Assembly: GCA_039588275.1 (NCBI GenBank)
Contig: JBDHAC010000082.1
Location: 4,808-15,505, forward strand
Length of the DNA stretch: 10,698 bases
Direction: 5' to 3'
DNA from: Gemmatimonadota bacterium
GTDB taxonomy: Bacteria > Gemmatimonadota > Gemmatimonadetes > Palauibacterales > Palauibacteraceae
Shown: positions 1 through 7,573 of the stretch, piece by piece
Layout of the letters: the number at the start of each line of letters is the position of its first letter
How positions within the stretch are numbered: position 1 is the stretch's first letter
Notes under the pieces: model-generated
The model's input: the letters and a program-made list of their open reading frames with translations, nothing else
What the model was told of the DNA's origin: nothing
Databases searched by the model: none
Position numbers and translations under genes: made by a program

Positions 1-2
1 TC

Positions 3-821
3 AGCTTGGACGGCTTTAACAGGTCTTATCTGGTGCACGTACCCGCCTCCGCAACGGCAGACGTGCCGGCGCCGGTATTGTTCGTGTACCACGGCGCGGA
101 ACAAACGCCCGAGCAAATCCGCGCGCTGGCGGCGGTCGAACAATTCGCCGATCCGCAGGGCTACATCACCGTGTACCCGGAAGGGGTGCAGCTCGGATGG
201 GCGGTCGGGTCGACCACTGGGCCCGACCTCGCGGGCGTCGATGACGTGCGCTTCACGCGAGCCATGCTGGTAGTGCTGTCGGCGAGCTTGAACATCGATC
301 CGGCCCGGATCTTCGCGACGGGGTTCTCTAACGGGGCCATGTTCACGCACAAGCTGGCATGCGATGGGGCAGACGTGATCTCGGCGATCGCCAGCGTCGG
401 AGCGACGATGCTCGAGAACGTCGCCGACACCTGCGCGCCGGTCCGCTCGATCTCGACGCTGTTCCTTCACGGCACAGAAGACGTCTCCTTCCCATGGGAC
501 GGGAGGGTCGGCGGCCCGTTGTTCGTGCTGATGGGCGCCGAGGAGACGCTGGCGACATGGGCGGCGATCAGCGCCTGTGATCCCGTTCCGAGCGTGGAGC
601 CGCTACCCGATATCGCCGCGGATGCGACGACCGTCGAACGCCAGGAGTTCAGCGGCTGTTCGGGCGGGGCGAAACTCTCCTTCTATGTGATCAACGGTGG
701 CGGACACACATGGCCGGGGAGCGCGAACCCCCTGCCAGCCTCCGCATTCGGGCGCACCACGCAAGACATCGTGGCCAGCCAGGAGATCATCCAGTTCTTC
801 GACTCCGTGGGCGGGCCCTGA
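3..821 (+). CDS. PHB depolymerase-family / LpqC-like alpha/beta-hydrolase esterase, probably 5'-truncated by the window edge
   Basis: Frame is open from position 3; the TTG at 6 is probably not the true start. Motifs: RSYLVHVP, P-VLFVYHG, VYPEG, DDVRF, IDPARIFATGFSNG (nucleophile Ser codon 327-329), HGTED (Asp) and GGGHTWPG (His), giving a complete Ser-Asp-His triad typical of this family. Confidence 0.9.
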   Translation, partial: SLDGFNRSYLVHVPASATADVPAPVLFVYHGAEQTPEQIRALAAVEQFADPQGYITVYPEGVQLGWAVGSTTGPDLAGVDDVRFTRAMLVVLSASLNIDPARIFATGFSNGAMFTHKLACDGADVISAIASVGATMLENVADTCAPVRSISTLFLHGTEDVSFPWDGRVGGPLFVLMGAEETLATWAAISACDPVPSVEPLPDIAADATTVERQEFSGCSGGAKLSFYVINGGGHTWPGSANPLPASAFGRTTQDIVASQEIIQFFDSVGGP

Positions 822-899
822 CGTAGCGGCCCAGGCGCACCGATCACTACCCCTTGCTCGCGCTGTACGCGGGTTTTCACCTTCCGAGCGTCACCCCCG

Positions 900-952
900 T
901 CGGCTCGCTGCGCCTCCATAGCGCATCGAGCCGCTCCATCGCATCGAGCCGA
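900..952 (+). repeat. Inverted repeat with a duplicated 3' arm upstream of the M14 gene
   Basis: CGGCTCGCTGCGC (901-913) pairs with GCGCATCGAGCCG (921-933), 12 of 13 bp, loop CTCCATA. CGCATCGAGCCG recurs exactly at 922-933 and 940-951, and CTCCAT occurs at 914-919 and 934-939. Confidence 0.8.
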
Positions 953-954
953 AG

Positions 955-3651
955 ATGAAAAGATCGATGAAGAACCTGCCGACAGTCCTCCGTTTCGGGT
1001 CGCTCGGGCTCGCGCTGCTGGGGGTTCCGGGTAGCCTGCGGGCTCAGTCCCGACCTGACCTTCCGTCCCCGTCCGAGTTCCACGGCTACGAGTTGGGAAG
1101 CCGGTACACAATCACGGCTGCACTGTACGACTATTACCGTGCCCTGGCCGAGGGGAGCCCGCGCGTCGAGTACCGGGAGTACGGCCGGAGCATTCAGGGC
1201 CGTCCGCTCCCCCTGGTGACCGTCTCGAGTGAGACCAACCTGGCTGAACGGGCTGCGATCTTCGAACGGGTTCGACGACTGACGGACGTAACGGCGGTGC
1301 TTCCTGAGGCCGAGCTCGCGGCGCTCGTGCGTGGCACTCCCGCGGTGGTGTGGATCTTCATCGTCGACACCGATGAGGAGGCCGGCGTCGAGGTGTTGCA
1401 GGAGGTGGCGTACGAGCTGGCGACTCGAAGCGACCCCGAAGCACAGACGATTCGCGACAACCTGCTCGTCGTCTTCGCCCCGCTCACGAATCCGGACTCT
1501 CACGCCCGCTACGTGACCTGGCACAAGCTGTACAACGTGGACGGGGCCTCGACCGACCCCAACGCGGTCGAGAATTCGGCCCACTGGGGCATGAACACGG
1601 ATGGGAACGCGTTCGGAATCGATGTGAACCGCGACTTCGGGTGGTTCGTCACGCCCGAAATGCGGGCCTTCGCTCGGGCAGTCACCGAATCGCGTCCGCA
1701 GCTGATGCTCGACGTGCACAGCGGACCGGACGTCATCTTCCTGCCACCGTTCCCGCGCCCGTACCACCCGTTGTGGCCGGAGCAGGCGCCGGGCTGGTGG
1801 GAGCGGGTGGCGGAGCGCGCGAGCGAGAACTTCGGCCGGCGCGGCTGGACGTTCAACACCCGCCAGGGTTACGAGGGAGTGACGAGCGTCGGGTTCGGGC
1901 TCTCGTGGGGAATGCTGGGCGGATCGGTGGCGAGCTTTCTGTATGAGACCTTCGGTGGCCGACCCGGCAAGACGCTGGCTTTTCGTCGGAGCGACGGGAC
2001 ACTCGCCACCATGCGAATGGCCATGGATCGGCATGCGGAGGGTATCTGGTCGTTGCTGCAGGTAGCGTCCGAGAACCGGGAGGCCCTGCTGAGGGACGCG
2101 CATAACGTAGTAGTGGACGGCGTCGAGGCGGCCCGGGCGGGGGCGGTGCAGGCAGTGGCCTTCGCCGCCGCAGGGGATGGGGCGGACCCCGACAAAGTAA
2201 GCCGGCTGGTGGAGCGGCTAGCGCTGCAGGGCGTGAACGTGCGTCAGGCCAACGAGGACTTCACGGCTACCGCCGCATCCTTCTTCGCGCCCGATCGCGC
2301 AGCGCCGCGCCCATTCGACGCCGGCACATACGTAGTCGACTTCGCCCAACCGAGGGCTCGCCTCGCACGGGCGCTCCTCGACCCGACGATCGACTACGAC
2401 GATCCGTTGGTCGAGCTCCCCTTCGGCCGTCGAATGCCGTATTACGACGTCACGTGGGGAGCGCTACCCAATCTGTTCGGTGTAGAAGCCTACGCGCTTC
2501 GCGATGTGCCTGCCGGACTGACCGACGCCGTGGGTGGTCAGGCCGCGGCCGCCGGTGGTCCGACGAGTCTGGGCCGTCCCGAACCTCCGTACGCCTGGAT
2601 ACTCCCGGCGGGGCTCGAGTCGTCCTACAGGATCGCGATCCGGCTCATGCGCGAGGGATTCCGTCTCCGTGTCTTCCGCGCCCCGTTCGAGGTCGGCGGC
2701 CGAGCGTTTCGGAAGGGGACCTTCGCCGCCATCCGCCAGAGAAACCCGAGCGGACTCGAGGAGCGACTGTCCGAGCTGGTCGGCGCGCTCGGGGGTGCTG
2801 CGATCGAGGTCGCGGGCCCGTTCACCGACGCCGGCGTGGCGTTCGGAGACGAGAGCCGTCTCGTCGCGGTCCCACAGCCCCTCGTGGCCGTCGTGGCGGA
2901 TTGGCCCGTGTCGCAGGACCACATCTTCGGTGGCATCCGGAACGTACTGGAGGCGGATTTCGGGCTCGCCTTTAGCCCCGTGATGCTGGAAACCATCAAT
3001 CGGGCGGATCTCGCCAAATACACGGCGGTCGTGTTGCCGCACGCGGGGATGGCCATCCGCGGTGGCCCCGGGTTCAGCGCCGGATATGCGGGCCGGCTGG
3101 ACTTCGAGAACCTCCGACGGTATGTGCGCGGGGGCGGCACGCTGATCGCGGTCAAGGGCGCGGTAGTGGAGGTCGCGCGCGACTCGCTCCTGGGTGCGGG
3201 CATCACCTTCGAGGGGTGGGCCTCCGAAGCCAACGGGGCGGCGCTGCGGGCTCGCTGGGAAGCGGCGGAGCTTGCGGACTCCGCGCTCCCGGCGACGACG
3301 CGGGCCGAGTGGAGACCGGGAGTGCGATCGGTCGGTGGACCGCTCGTCGGCGTCGGGGTGCGAGCGAGTGAGTTTGCCGTACCCGGCGCCTATCCGGTGC
3401 TTCTGAGTGTCGAGCCGGCGCCCGGTATCGAGGTTCTCGCGCGCTACGGAGCCGACCCGGGCGACCTCGTACTGGATGGCTTCGTGACCGGGGCGGACCG
3501 GGAAGAGATCGCGGGGCGGCCTTTCCTCATCACGCGCCGCGCGGGCCAGGGCAGAGTCGTGTACCTGGCGGATGATCTTACGTATCGGGGTCAGTGGTAC
3601 GGACTCAACCTGCTGTTTCTGAACCTGCTGCTGTTCGGCCCCACGCTGTAA
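955..3651 (+). CDS. Secreted M14-family zinc carboxypeptidase-like protein with a C-terminal class I glutamine-amidotransferase-like domain; atypical metal site
   Basis: 898-aa ORF (alternative start ATG 967) with a signal peptide ending ...GSLRA|QS. M14 hallmarks: PSPSEFHGY, YGRSIQGRPL, PLTNPDS, GIDVNRDF, LDVH, FLYET. C-terminal motifs typical of long M14 proteins: GTYVVDFAQP, YYDVTW, KYTAVVLP, YVRGGGTLIA, GQGRVVYLADD..YRG.W. Confidence 0.88.
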   Translation: MKRSMKNLPTVLRFGSLGLALLGVPGSLRAQSRPDLPSPSEFHGYELGSRYTITAALYDYYRALAEGSPRVEYREYGRSIQGRPLPLVTVSSETNLAERAAIFERVRRLTDVTAVLPEAELAALVRGTPAVVWIFIVDTDEEAGVEVLQEVAYELATRSDPEAQTIRDNLLVVFAPLTNPDSHARYVTWHKLYNVDGASTDPNAVENSAHWGMNTDGNAFGIDVNRDFGWFVTPEMRAFARAVTESRPQLMLDVHSGPDVIFLPPFPRPYHPLWPEQAPGWWERVAERASENFGRRGWTFNTRQGYEGVTSVGFGLSWGMLGGSVASFLYETFGGRPGKTLAFRRSDGTLATMRMAMDRHAEGIWSLLQVASENREALLRDAHNVVVDGVEAARAGAVQAVAFAAAGDGADPDKVSRLVERLALQGVNVRQANEDFTATAASFFAPDRAAPRPFDAGTYVVDFAQPRARLARALLDPTIDYDDPLVELPFGRRMPYYDVTWGALPNLFGVEAYALRDVPAGLTDAVGGQAAAAGGPTSLGRPEPPYAWILPAGLESSYRIAIRLMREGFRLRVFRAPFEVGGRAFRKGTFAAIRQRNPSGLEERLSELVGALGGAAIEVAGPFTDAGVAFGDESRLVAVPQPLVAVVADWPVSQDHIFGGIRNVLEADFGLAFSPVMLETINRADLAKYTAVVLPHAGMAIRGGPGFSAGYAGRLDFENLRRYVRGGGTLIAVKGAVVEVARDSLLGAGITFEGWASEANGAALRARWEAAELADSALPATTRAEWRPGVRSVGGPLVGVGVRASEFAVPGAYPVLLSVEPAPGIEVLARYGADPGDLVLDGFVTGADREEIAGRPFLITRRAGQGRVVYLADDLTYRGQWYGLNLLFLNLLLFGPTL

Positions 3652-3658
3652 CCGCGTC

Positions 3659-4237
3659 TTACCGCTCGGGCCGGCGCCACTCTTGCAGGAGGCTGAGGAG
3701 GTCCGCTGCGTACCGCGCCTGATGGTCGAACTCCCCATCGGGTCTCACCCGCGCCAGCCGCTGTGGGAACTCGTGCTGCGCCCACGGCAGAAAGTCGTCG
3801 AGTCCACGATCGAGCGCCTCCCGACCGGCTTGCGTGATGGCACCCAGGGAGATGCGCTCGATCAGGCCGTCTCTGAACACGAAGCGCGGCGCTCGCCGCT
3901 CCAGGTGGTCGATACCCAGTAGCTGGAGCCAGGCGCTCGCCTGGCGCAGGCCGAGCAATTCCACGGTGTCGCCCCGGACCCGGGCGGGCGTGGCTTGAAA
4001 CCGTGTGGCGAGCACCGAGTCCCACTGCATCCGGGCCCGAAGAGCCGTCCTGCCGCGCAGGGGCGTTGCCCCTGGCTCGACGAGCACGACGTCCGCCGTG
4101 ACCAGCTCGAGCGCCTGGTCGATTCTGTACGAGTTGTACGTCTCGAGAAACTGGTCGACCGCCCCGGTGAGCCCCACTTCCGGCGCACACGCGACGACCG
4201 CGCTCGTCAGAAGGACGAACAACCCCGGGCGCAGCAC
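3659..4237 (-). CDS. NTF2-like / SnoaL-like domain lipoprotein with a C-terminal helical extension
   Basis: GTG start and lipoprotein signal MLRPGLFVLLTSAVVA-C17. NTF2 pattern: AVDQFLETYN..IDQALELVTADVVL..P....LRGRTALR...GDTV...FVFRDGLIERI. Starts 16 nt after the upstream stop codon. Confidence 0.8.
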   Translation of the reverse strand: MLRPGLFVLLTSAVVACAPEVGLTGAVDQFLETYNSYRIDQALELVTADVVLVEPGATPLRGRTALRARMQWDSVLATRFQATPARVRGDTVELLGLRQASAWLQLLGIDHLERRAPRFVFRDGLIERISLGAITQAGREALDRGLDDFLPWAQHEFPQRLARVRPDGEFDHQARYAADLLSLLQEWRRPER

Positions 4238-4253
4238 CGGTCGGAAGCCCGCT

Positions 4254-4814
4254 TCAGCCGCCGTCCGGCGGGGGCTCGAGGTGCCCTAATTGGACGAGCA
4301 TGCTCAGGTTGTCCCATACCACGTTGATCTCCGTGATCATGCCGTCTTCAAGCCGGAGGAAGCCTGCGAAATCCGCGTCCACTCGTCGTCCCGTCGGCGG
4401 GAAGGGCCCGATCGGGCCATCCTGCGTCCCCGAGTAGTTGGCCCACAGCGCCACCAGATCCCCCTCGGCCGTGATCATGCGAATCTCCTGCACCGCATCG
4501 GGGACGCCCGCGAGATCCTGCTGGAGGAAGTCCTTGAACTGGTCCAGGCTCCGCACGTCGAGTCCCGGCGTGGAGGGGCTGTGTCGAACGACCTCGGGCG
4601 AGACGAGCTCGTCCAGATCGTCGAACCGGCGCTCGTTGATGGCCGACACGAAGCGGCGCACGACTTCCTTGTTGGCCTCCGTGTCCGACGAGGCGGTCGT
4701 GTCCGTCTGTGGCGCATCGCGCGATGGCGCGCACCCGGCCGCTAGCATTCCAGCCAGGACGATTGGCAAGATGAGCAGGAGGCCGGAGACGACAATCCGT
4801 GGATGGCGTTTCAT
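4254..4814 (-). CDS. SnoaL-like polyketide/ester cyclase family lipoprotein
   Basis: Shine-Dalgarno GAGGAG 7 nt before the ATG; signal peptide ending LAAG-C28. Family motifs: EANKEVVRRF, DDLDELVSP, PD....I....AEGDLVA, GTQDG...PPTGRRV, RLEDGMITE...WDNLSMLVQLG. Confidence 0.88.
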   Translation of the reverse strand: MKRHPRIVVSGLLLILPIVLAGMLAAGCAPSRDAPQTDTTASSDTEANKEVVRRFVSAINERRFDDLDELVSPEVVRHSPSTPGLDVRSLDQFKDFLQQDLAGVPDAVQEIRMITAEGDLVALWANYSGTQDGPIGPFPPTGRRVDADFAGFLRLEDGMITEINVVWDNLSMLVQLGHLEPPPDGG

Positions 4815-4839
4815 GATTCGACTCCTCTCCCGGAGGCCG

Positions 4840-7026
4840 CTAGTAGCGGAAGGCGTAGGACAGCTTGATCAGCAACTGGTTGGAGGAGAGCTCCCATCGA
4901 TCCGTCAGATTCTCGATGTTGTGATTGTACACCACGAACAGGTCGCCCAGGGGACGAAACGTCCACCGGAGCCGCGTGTTGGCCCCGAGCTCGCGGGTCT
5001 CGTTGTCGTACTGGACGAAGCCGCTGAACTCCAGGTCCGGTGAGAGATTCAGCCGGAGCCGTCCGCCGAACAGCTCCTGGGCGAAATCTCCGGACGGCAG
5101 CGAGCCCGTGTTGCGGACCATGTTCAGCTCGACCGTCGCCAGCGGCGCCGGATTGATGTTGAGCCCCAGCTCGAGCTGGTCCAGGTCGCCATTGTAGAAC
5201 GACCCGAACCACCAGGTGACGCGCCCGCTCACCATCCGCTTGGACGCGATGTCCAGCTCCATTCGTGAGCGGATGAAGTGGTACGAGCCGGGCGGGATGA
5301 CCACTCCGTCGGCGATCTCGAACGGTTCCACCAGCCGCTCGCCCTGGGGATTGAAGTTGAACTCGAACCGCTCGCCGCTCTCGAAGGTCCAGTTGATGGG
5401 GGCCGTGAAGATCTGGTAGCTCTCCCACTTCCCGTCCAGATCCAGGGTGAGGCTGGGATAGAACTCGTTCCGCATGAGCCGCAGCCACGACCAACCGGGG
5501 CGCACGTGCCAGGTGGCTCGTGGATTGATGTTCTGGATCCCGCGGCGCGACACGAAGCCCAGCGAGGGATCGAAGCCGTCCCCGATGCGCTGATAGGTGA
5601 GCGCTACGTCCCAAGTGTCGTTCGGGTAATCGATCTTGGCGCCGAACGCGGTCCGGTCACCCTCGAGCCCCTCGCGGTCGGTGAGCAGCCCCCACATTCC
5701 GACCAGAAAGTTCTTGTCTCCGGCGAAGCGGGACGTCTGGAACGTGAGGTCCGTGCCGACCATGTAGCTGCCCGGTGTTCCGGTGGGGTCGCCGAACGTC
5801 GCGATCACCCCCGCGGTCGACTCCTCCATCACGTTCTGCTGGATCCGGATCGCCCCCATCGTGGTGCCGTCGACCAGATTGTCCACGGAGCCCGTGTTCG
5901 TGACGAGCGCGCCGAAGTTCGTCTTGCCGATCCGCCCGCTCAGCTTCCCGCCCACCCGCAGCGGCACCTGCTCGCCCTCCAGCAACCCGATCCTCCGCGT
6001 GAAGAACGGAACGATGTTGGGACGCCACCCCGCGGTGAGGCCGATCCCGAAGTCGAAGATGTCGGCGCCCTCCAGGAAGAACGTCCGCTTCTCCGGGAAG
6101 AACAGCCGGAAGCGAGTGAGGTTGGTTTGGCGTGTGTCCACCTCGGTTTCGGCGAAGTCCGTGTTCACGGTCCCGATCGCGGTCACGTTTGGGCCGATCC
6201 GCTGCGCGAGGTCGAGGCTCGGGTCCCACGTGTCGTCGGTCTCGGCGTCGGGCTCCGGCTTCTCGAACCCGCCCACGAAGGAGGGTCGCACAGTCAGCCC
6301 GATTCCGGTGGTGAACTCGGGGAGATCGGTGATCCGCCCCGAGCGGCTCGTTTGGGTGACCTTGGCATCGCGAATCGGACTCGCCCAGCGGCTCACCTCC
6401 TGCAACCGATCCGTCCGCCGCTCGATGTTGAAGCCCCACTCCCGAAGCCCCCGCCGAAAGGTCAGGCTCTGCATCGGGATGCGGATCTCGGCGGACCACC
6501 CCTGCTCGGTCGTGGCCGTCTTGGCCTCCCACACGGCATCCCAGAGCTGGTCCTCCCCCTCTCCGCGTTCTGCCACCAGGGCGTCGTAGCGTGCACCCCG
6601 GGGGTTCACGGCGAATACGTACCCGGACCGCCCATCCAGGAAGGGATCGAGCACGATCTTCACGTGGTCTTCGCTGCGGAGCTCGGGATCGCGGACGATG
6701 GAGTAACTGACGATCCCGGTCGGGTCGGGGTCGAGGGCCTCCACGCCGATGAATAGAGCGGTGGGGTCCGCCAGCAGCCTCACGCGCGTCCGACCCACCA
6801 GATCGCCGCCCTCGACCGGCTCGGTCATGGTGAGGCCGTCTATCAATCCGGCCTCGAGCCAAGCGTTCTCATCGAGGATTCCATCCAACCGGACCGGCGC
6901 CCGGACGACGCCGACCCGTGCGGTAGGCGAGTCGGTCGTCTGAGCCGCCAGGGCAGGCGGGCAGCTCAACGCGACGATGCCCCCCAGGGCGGCCCGGCGC
7001 CATCGTAGGTGACCCGAGGAATTCAT
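4840..7026 (-). CDS. CBM9-like (DOMON-type) plus DUF5916 domain protein, likely outer-membrane beta-barrel
   Basis: ATG at 7026 (in-frame GTG at 7032) and a signal peptide ending ALAA|Q. N-domain motifs: LDGILDENAW, DHVKIVLDPF, YVFAVNP.G, WDAVW, GWSAEIRIP, WGFN. DUF5916 motifs: TVNTDFAETEVD, LFFPEKRTFFLEG, FFTRRIG. C-terminal amphipathic strands end in KLSYAFRY. Confidence 0.88.
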   Translation of the reverse strand: MNSSGHLRWRRAALGGIVALSCPPALAAQTTDSPTARVGVVRAPVRLDGILDENAWLEAGLIDGLTMTEPVEGGDLVGRTRVRLLADPTALFIGVEALDPDPTGIVSYSIVRDPELRSEDHVKIVLDPFLDGRSGYVFAVNPRGARYDALVAERGEGEDQLWDAVWEAKTATTEQGWSAEIRIPMQSLTFRRGLREWGFNIERRTDRLQEVSRWASPIRDAKVTQTSRSGRITDLPEFTTGIGLTVRPSFVGGFEKPEPDAETDDTWDPSLDLAQRIGPNVTAIGTVNTDFAETEVDTRQTNLTRFRLFFPEKRTFFLEGADIFDFGIGLTAGWRPNIVPFFTRRIGLLEGEQVPLRVGGKLSGRIGKTNFGALVTNTGSVDNLVDGTTMGAIRIQQNVMEESTAGVIATFGDPTGTPGSYMVGTDLTFQTSRFAGDKNFLVGMWGLLTDREGLEGDRTAFGAKIDYPNDTWDVALTYQRIGDGFDPSLGFVSRRGIQNINPRATWHVRPGWSWLRLMRNEFYPSLTLDLDGKWESYQIFTAPINWTFESGERFEFNFNPQGERLVEPFEIADGVVIPPGSYHFIRSRMELDIASKRMVSGRVTWWFGSFYNGDLDQLELGLNINPAPLATVELNMVRNTGSLPSGDFAQELFGGRLRLNLSPDLEFSGFVQYDNETRELGANTRLRWTFRPLGDLFVVYNHNIENLTDRWELSSNQLLIKLSYAFRY

Positions 7027-7102
7027 GAGCACGGGCGCGTGGGGAATTCTCCGAGGTGTTCGGGACGTTCGGCGCGTCGGGGACTCCGGCGCGTTCCCGC
7101 AG

Positions 7103-7154
7103 AGGATGCCGTGCCGCGACCCCGCTCGTCAAACGGGGCGCCTTCCACCATCCT
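7103..7154. promoter_or_regulatory. Putative overlapping divergent sigma70-type promoters
   Basis: Minus strand: TTGACG (7132-7127), 18-nt spacer, CATCCT (7108-7103). Plus strand: TCGTCA (7126-7131), 17-nt spacer, CATCCT (7149-7154). Lies between the divergent DUF5916 and GNAT genes. Confidence 0.4.
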
Positions 7155-7202
7155 GAGGTGGGCCGCGTGCCGCCGCACAGACGGGAGGGCAGGAGAAAGG
7201 GA

Positions 7203-7529
7203 GTGAACGAGTCAGCCGAGATCCGGATTCACGACAATCACGAGGGTGGCCGGTTCGAGATCACCATCGGCGGCGAGACGGCATACCTCGAATACACGCG
7301 TGGCCCCCACGAGCTCGCCTTGATCCATACGGAGGTCCCGGCTTCACTCTCGGGTCGCGGGCTGGCGAGCCGGCTCAACCGTCACGCGCTTGAGCTCGCC
7401 CGGACCGATGGCCTCGCCATCTCGGTCGTGTGTCCGTTCGCCCTCGGGTATCTAGACCGGCACCCGGAGTATCGGGATCTGCTGAACCGGCCGATGGGTC
7501 CCCCGGCGTCCGAGCCTCCCTGGATGTAG
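7203..7529 (+). CDS. GNAT-family N-acetyltransferase, YjdJ-like (Acetyltransf_CG type), 108 aa
   Basis: Start reassigned from 7056 to GTG 7203, with AGGAG at 7191-7195. Motifs: HDN....RFEI, AYLEY, LIHTEVP..LSGRGLA, V.CPF...YLDRHPEY.DL. Confidence 0.9.
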   Translation: MNESAEIRIHDNHEGGRFEITIGGETAYLEYTRGPHELALIHTEVPASLSGRGLASRLNRHALELARTDGLAISVVCPFALGYLDRHPEYRDLLNRPMGPPASEPPWM

Positions 7530-7573
7530 CCAGAGTCTCCCCCGATGTAGCTCGAGCCTCACTGGATGTAGGC
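7511..7573 (+). repeat. Degenerate tandem repeat, 3 x 21 bp, overlapping the GNAT stop codon
   Basis: CGAGCCTCCCTGGATGTAGCC (7511-7531), AGAGTCTCCCCCGATGTAGCT (7532-7552), CGAGCCTCACTGGATGTAGGC (7553-7573). The core GATGTAG is invariant. Confidence 0.85.

Noticed and set aside
859..877. CGCG-CTGTA-CGCG followed by GGTTTT as an intrinsic terminator
   Set aside because: The 4-bp stem and short, offset U-run are too weak to call.
5278..6756. Long alternative ORFs (492 aa on +; also 877-2103, 2464-3738, 5657-6862, 9117-9926 and others)
   Set aside because: They overlap well-supported genes, are low-complexity Arg/Pro/Gly-rich, and show no family motifs. Such shadow ORFs are expected in high-GC DNA.
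7056..7202. N-terminal extension of the GNAT ORF
   Set aside because: Family similarity begins near GTG 7203, which has a good AGGAG. The extension covers the probable promoter region.
7511..7573. CRISPR interpretation of the 21-bp repeats
   Set aside because: The units are contiguous with no spacers, and no cas genes are present.
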